DNA of 64,000 bases from the human T2T-CHM13v2.0 reference genome, Homo sapiens, in assembly GCF_009914755.1 (NCBI RefSeq), contig NC_060926.1, one strand, 5' to 3'. The notes below the pieces were generated by a model that searched no databases, was not told where the DNA came from, and worked only from the letters and a program-made list of their open reading frames with translations. Shown here in pieces: positions 57,212 through 64,000 of this stretch (the first letter of the stretch is position 1; each line of letters begins with the position of its first letter). The translations under genes and the position numbers were made by a program.

Positions 57212-57686
57212 GTAAGTACTTCCACCTTCTCTGTGTGTTCTAAGTTCCTTAAAAAACTGACCTGGAAATTAACTTATAATTTTAGCATTTGAGAGGAAAC
57301 TTGATTTTAGAAGAATAATTAACTGGTTTACATAACCCTTTATTTAACTTGCTTACATAATGTATGTAACACCTTGAAAGTAGTGGCATGTGTTTCCAAT
57401 TCACTCTGAAAGAATATGAAAACAGCTATCTTGTGAAGAAAAGTACAAAAATTATACCACAAATTATGATCTTAAAGGAAGCCTTATGAAAAGAACTGAT
57501 TTTTATAACTGAAGATGTCATGAAATTAAATTTGATGTGTTCCCTAATGACTACTCATAGCTTTAAATTGAATAAGTAAGAGTTCTGTGATTAATCCGCT
57601 AGATTTTCCTGTTTTAAAACTTAGGCTTTTTAACTGTTTTCAAAAGTTCTATCCTATTGGAGCATGATTTTTATAATTCCAAGATA

Positions 57687-58167
<481 letters not shown>

Positions 58168-59629
58168 CTAGCTAGAGGCCAGGACTGGGTATGGTCAGTT
58201 TAAACTGTCTTCTTTATAGCTGCTGGTGTAAAAAAATACAACATTCAATTACTTAGATATTTCATTTAAAATAACAAATTGCTTGGTATATAATTACATA
58301 ACTTTAGGGTTATGCTTTTTTTAAAACCATGAGTTTGGAGAAAATTCAAGGTAGTGGATTAATTTTTTATTATTGAATAGACAATGATAGGTTCTAGACT
58401 CGTGAGTTTCTACAAGAGCTGTTGGCTTCTTCATTGTCATCCTGGAGGTTACATGGAATAGCTTATTTTTTGAAGCTAGTTACAATTACAATAATGGGTA
58501 GCAGCTGGTAGTTTTCTAAATTGTCCTTTAACTTTTTCAGTAACAAATACATACATTAGTGATAATAAAAATATTCATTTACTTGCTATGTCTCACTAAA
58601 TGTTTTTTATGATTCTCTGGGCTTTGACAAATCAACAGAATTTAGGGTTTAGATATATTGTGCTATATTTGAAGTGATTGAACTTCTTATTTTTCTTCCA
58701 TAATATAAACTGTTTTGTAACATCAAATGGAGAAGAGACTAATATTGTTTTCTTTGTGCTAGGTACTGTGGTAGGTATTTTACAGTTGTGGGTCCTGGTT
58801 TGTGTGGTTGCTAACTAACCCTTCTGACCCACATAATTCTGGCAACATCTTAAGTATCCCCTCGTATCTATACAGGAAAAATTTATTTCCATCACACTTC
58901 AAATATACCACATTGATTTCTATATCTATGGCTTGACTTGGAAGTTAGGGGATTTAATTTCCTTTCCCTAGCTTAGTTACTTTATTTCCTGCCTACATAG
59001 TTACTAAGGTCAAGTTTCTTTCCAGGTTTTGTTTTTCTTACCACGTTTTTTTGGAGGTGGGGGAAACAGTTGGTGATGTATCTGTGTTTTATTGCCCAGC
59101 AACCTGAAAGGATGGGGATCGGGGAGAGTCGTTAAAGAGAAGCTCAGATCAGAGATACCTGACTGGAAGATTAAAGTAAGCAAAAGCAGTAGCCACATGA
59201 AACAAGGTTAATATGTGGGCTTACAAAGAAGTCCTAACCATGATTTGGTCTTTTGTATGATAAGAACTCTTTCTAGAATATAAGCATCATAAGAGTAGTT
59301 CTCTTGTCTGTTTTGTTCTCTGTGGCCCTGTCATCTGTGCCTGGCAAAGTGTAGGTGCCTAATAATGACATGTTGATAAATTGAACTATGAATGAATAAA
59401 TAACGTATTTCACTGGTAGTTTCTGGTCTTGTACTTTATTATATTTATTTGAATGAAGTTTTTTGTTGATATTCTATTAAATAGTGAGGGAGAAACTTGC
59501 TACTAAAGTGTGTAATTTCTAAATGGTTATTTCAAAAATTACGTTGGAAACTTCTTTTCCTATGGAAAATTATCTCAAAGTATAAGGTAATTTATTTGTT
59601 GGTGGGGGAAGCATTTTATATCTCTGTAA

Positions 59630-59683
59630 TACAGTGACACTTGTATCTTTGATCTTTACAGTGACACTCGTATCTTTGATCTT
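59630..59683. repeat. 27-bp tandem duplication
   Basis: tacagtgacact(t/c)gtatctttgatctt x2, one mismatch. Confidence 0.9.
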
Positions 59684-60263
59684 TATTAGCCATGGTTCTT
59701 TTTTAGAAAAATCACCTCATGCATTTAAAAAAAAAAAAAAACCTTTAAAAAAAATCTTTGTAGTCTTTACAGTAGGGAAGTTTCGCTCTCATGTATTTGA
59801 AGAGTGCATGAAACAAGATTTGTTTCCTTCTTTTATGCTTTCATAATGTGCCAAGATAGTGAAGGATTCTTAATGAGTAGATTTATGTAATTTAGGTTAA
59901 GGCATGTACTTTTTTTCCCCCGCAAGGGCTTTAATATAATTGCAAAATTCCGCTTTAGAAAGATCATATCTAATTTATATTTTCTTTCTTCCAACCCCAC
60001 TTCATTCTTGAATCTGATGGGTAAAAGAAATTATTATTTTGATTCTCTTTTTGAATACTTCTAAGTTAGAACATCTTTTCAAATGTTTTACATGTGTTAA
60101 CTATTCGTGTACTTCACCCATTTTTCTGTCGAAATTTTATCTTGCTAATATATAAATGCTCTTTGTAAAAGACACCTACCGTTTATGGTATTTGGTGAAT
60201 TGTTTTCTTCTCTGTGCGTTTTTGTAAGAAACTTTAGAGACTGAAGGGTGTGAAGGCTCTGGA

Positions 60264-60568
60264 TTTTTATTTATTTATTTATTTTTGTGATGGAGTTTCC
60301 TTCTTGTTGCCCAGGCTAGAGTGCATTGTGCAATCTTGGCTCACTGCAACCTCCGTCTCCCAGGTTCAAGCGATTCTCTTGCTTCAGCTTCCCAAGTAGC
60401 TGGAATTGCAGGCTTCCATCACCATGCCGGGCTAATTTTTGTATTTTTAATAGAGACAGGGTTTCACCAAGTTGGCCAGGCTGGTCTCAAACTCCTGACC
60501 TCAAGTGATCCGTCTGCCCCAGCCTCCCAAAGTGCTGAGATTACAAGCATGAGCCACCATGCCTGGCC
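60264..60568 (-). mobile_element. Alu (AluS-like), TSD ctggattttt
   Basis: Reverse-complement dimer with (TTTA)n tail. Confidence 0.95.
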
Positions 60569-60982
60569 GCCACTGGATTTTTTAAGGTAGACCTTTCTTT
60601 TTGTCTGTTGCTATTCCCAGTTGGAGAGATGAGCAAATATTTCTATGTAAGCCTGATTAGTCTAAGTAGAAGGTGTGTCTTTGTCATAAAGTTGTAAGTT
60701 TTCTTGTGTGTATCATAAAATTTTTCGAGAGATATTCCTCTGACTCTCCAAGACTGAAACCGGCACTGCAGCAGCAGTTCAGCAGCAAATCTAGAAGAGG
60801 AGGGGAAAATCCTGTGCCGACATATTTTTCTGTCTGTTGCTGCTATCTTTGGTCTTTTCAGGAACTTGCCATTTTTAACATAGCTCACTGTTTTGACTGT
60901 GTTGTGTATGATTTCATCCCCATGCACATTCACATGAAAAGTGAGTTGTCTAACCCTGGGCTATGTTTTCATTTATTTTCAG

Positions 60983-61075
60983 AGTATTCACATACTGGAG
61001 AGGACTGCTTCCTCTAGCACCGAGCCCTCTGTAAGTCGGCAATTGCTAGAACCGGAGCCAGTCCCCCTCTCCAAG
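60983..61075 (+). CDS. OSBPL6: OSBPL6 internal coding exon, SIHILERTASSSTEPSVSRQLLEPEPVPLSK (93 nt, phase 0-0)
   Basis: Acceptor ttttcatttattttcAG ends at 60982 and donor AAG|GTCAGT starts at 61076. The peptide continues the ORP6 N-terminus and is visible inside ORF 60941..61135. Confidence 0.95.
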
Positions 61076-61419
61076 GTCAGTGATGAAATGTGGTGCTTTC
61101 TCTGCTGGCATGATGCCTGCTCTGGGGCCAATTGAACTGTGAATAACGTTTACACCTGACTCCCCTAAAATACTTGTGATGCCACTTGTAGGCAACTCTT
61201 TGCACTTTTTCTGCTTCCAAGGAGTAGAGTTTCTCTGCCCTTTATAAGAGAGAACAGAGAATGTATACTTTGCTGGGATTTGTAGGGTTACATTCAAAGG
61301 TCCAAAATTCTGTTTAAGGGAAGAAGGAAAAAGAAGCTATTGCCTTCCCTGTTGGAGATAAACAAATATTTCTATGCCCAGCTAATGGAAAAGAAAAAAA
61401 ACTGCATCCAGCAATAAAA

Positions 61420-61685
61420 ATAATAACAGCTACCATTATTGCCCATGTACTGCATCACCGGACACTATGAGAAGTATTTAAATCTATTATCCCATTTAAT
61501 ATAGTTCTCATAAACAGCTCCACACAGTGTAGGTATTTATCACATTTTACAAATATGGAAACTGAGAGTTAATAACTTGCCCATAGTAAAAACATAAATA
61601 AATAAGTAAATAAGCTATCAAGGATTATAGCAGAGCAAGAATTCAAACTTAGACTTGTCCAACTCCACAACCAATGCTTGTCAGC
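61420..61685 (-). mobile_element. MIR
   Basis: aataacagctaccattattg...cattttacaaatatggaaactgag...ataacttgccca. Confidence 0.65.
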
Positions 61686-63777
61686 TCTTCCCAAGCTGCA
61701 AGGTAAAATAGAACCTATGCGGAGGGACTGTTGTATATTCTGGCTTCTAGGCTCCTTCTCACATCTGGCCTTCCTAGCAATGAGCTCGTGAGAGAACACT
61801 GCAGATTATTTAGAAGACCTTTTCTGTGTCATGGGAGCCAGTGTTCCCTCCCCTTCAGCCTGCTCTTCCTCAGACTGGGGAAAATTAAATTCACGTATGT
61901 CTAAAATGTAAAAATGATAGGGAAAAGTTGGAAAGATACCATCCTACTCCTGCCCATCCCTCCCTGAGATTTTCAATGGGCTTCCTCCTTTATTGAGAAA
62001 TTCTGAAAATAGAATGCATACAGACTTTGAATTCCAGTATAAAAATAGCACTTTATACCCAAAGACGGTTAACTTCTAAATATGTAAAACTGATCATTAC
62101 ACCTTGCTTTTCTATATTAAACATAATCCTTTTAGAAAAGAACACTTTACTACCCAACTGTATGGAATATATACACTTGAACCTCTTTAAACTGTAAAGA
62201 TATGACAAGCTATAAAGTTTGTTCTATCAGACAAGAATAGACTGCTAAACCATGGAAAGCAGGGAGTTATTAAACTATAAAACATAAGTGGTCTGACTTC
62301 CATTTGAATAGCGAGTACAGACTGTATACCTGGTAAATATAATATGACTAGTAATCTCTTTGAAATAGCAATTCTCTCTTATAGTTAGCTAAAGGAAATA
62401 GAGAACAAATAATAAAAGGGCAATGGAAAAAGGTAGCTAAAATTTATTGAGCACCTACTTTACGCCAGGCACTGGATTAGAACATGTATTATCTCACTTA
62501 ATCAGCCCCCAACTCATTGAAGTACATATCAATATTGTTCTCACTTTACTGATAATTATGGCATAGTTTTCCGGCATGAAGGCCCCAGCTTGGTCAAACA
62601 GCAATTCTTCCTAGAAGGAGGTGGCTGTTAGCCCAGCTCACAGCAGATGGGGCTTGGGTCCACTGGCTTGATATAAAGGAATCTGGGTAGGGTACAAACA
62701 GCATCTACTTCCCATTACTTCTCCATGTTGTTGCCCACTTAGATCTTGCTGTAGGACTAATAAACCCTGGTTGTGTTTCTGTGTCAGTAGACACCACATC
62801 TCTTGGGGCCTCATGAAATCAGAGGGCCATATCTAACCCAGGTACCATCACATCTCACCATCTCTCAGCCCCTTTGAGAGATGGGCTTCCTGGGCACTGA
62901 TTAGTGGTGGAAGAATTTTTTTTTTTTTTTTTGAAGTACACATTGTCCTGATCAGGATTTGTTCCAATCCTAAGCTTGATGCATTCACCTGCTAAAGCAT
63001 TTTTATGTACCCACACACATGCACACTCACCCACATACATCTGCAAACGTGTGCACATACAGTTTACCCTTCAGAAAGGAAATGTCTCTGTTTTTTCCAA
63101 ATGAAAAAACTTGGGCGATTATGACATTACTGTCTGTTCTTATTTATTGTTATTAGATTAAAAGTATTTTTAAAACTTATAATACCAAAAATATGTATAT
63201 ATCTGGCTTAAGTACTGACATGATCACATTATGGCTTTTAGCTCTGTTATAAGTAAACCCAGGAAAATTGGAGACTTTTAAACAGAAAAAATATCAACTG
63301 AAATTACAAAAACAAATTCTTCAATTTTCAGAAATCAATTTTAGTTTTCTTAAGATAGTCCTAGTCTATTAAGTATAGAGGGAGAAATTTTAACATAATG
63401 GAAAATAGAACATAGAAGGTTCTATTTTATACTGAGATGAGTTGTTTCATTTCTTACACACTGTATTTGTAACATTATCCACAGCATTTATAATTGAAAC
63501 GGGGGAACATTGTCTGCTCTGGTTTTATCTTTTGCCTCTGTCAGGTTGACAGCCTATTTAATTGTGAGAACTATAGTAGGATTCTTTTCCATTTCTTTTA
63601 CTGGACTTAGTAATATTGCATCAGACTGAATAAAATTATTTGCTCCAAGCTGTCACATCTATGTTTAAGAAATACATTTTAACTTTTTGCCTTTCTGTCT
63701 TATCTCTTTTTCCCCCCCTTCTGGAGTTAAACTCTCAAAGAAGAAAAAAAACACTGTGATAGAAATTAGTAGCCATA

Positions 63778-63990
63778 CCTAAGAATGATACATTGGAAAC
63801 TTTGGGGGCTCTGGGGAAAGGGTGGGGGGTGGCGAGGGATAAAAGACTACACAGTGGGTACATTGTACACTGCTTGGGTGATGGGTGCACCAAAGTCTCA
63901 GAAATCACCACTAAAGAACTTATTCATGTAACCAAACACCACCTGTTCCCCAAAAACCCATTGAAATGAAAAAATAAAAAATTGGAAAAA
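63778..63990 (+). mobile_element. 5'-truncated L1PB/old L1PA 3' end
   Basis: gggataaaagactacac...gggtgatgggtgcaccaaagtctcagaaatcaccactaaagaacttattcatgtaaccaaacaccacctgttcccc. Probable TSD agaaattagt at 63761 and 63991. Confidence 0.85.
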
Positions 63991-64000
63991 AGAAATTAGT

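Overview
Human (primate) genomic DNA: AT-rich, CpG-poor and dense in Alu, L1, L2, MIR, MaLR and MER repeats. It covers the 5' part of OSBPL6 (oxysterol-binding protein-like 6, ORP6) on the + strand. Visible exons are a non-coding 5'UTR exon (21733-21927), the start-codon exon (42853-43109, encoding MSSDEKGISPAHKTSTPTHRSASSSTSSQRDSRQ), an alternative N-terminal exon (ATG 57173-57211, MHQLSLIRGNRGR) and the next coding exon (60983-61075, SIHILERTASSSTEPSVSRQLLEPEPVPLSK). The main promoter and the PH/ORD-domain exons lie outside the window. Almost all ORFs in the supplied track are spurious. I found no convincing wholly new biological system. The best leads are: four uATGs including a 38-codon uORF overlapping the start codon; a nested L2-derived inverted-repeat hairpin; a 121-bp non-TE local duplication retaining an NBRE motif; unannotated-looking splice sites around the N-terminal exons; and a twin-primed inverted L1. 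The gene identity and repeat family names come from recognition, not a database search, and repeat boundaries are approximate.
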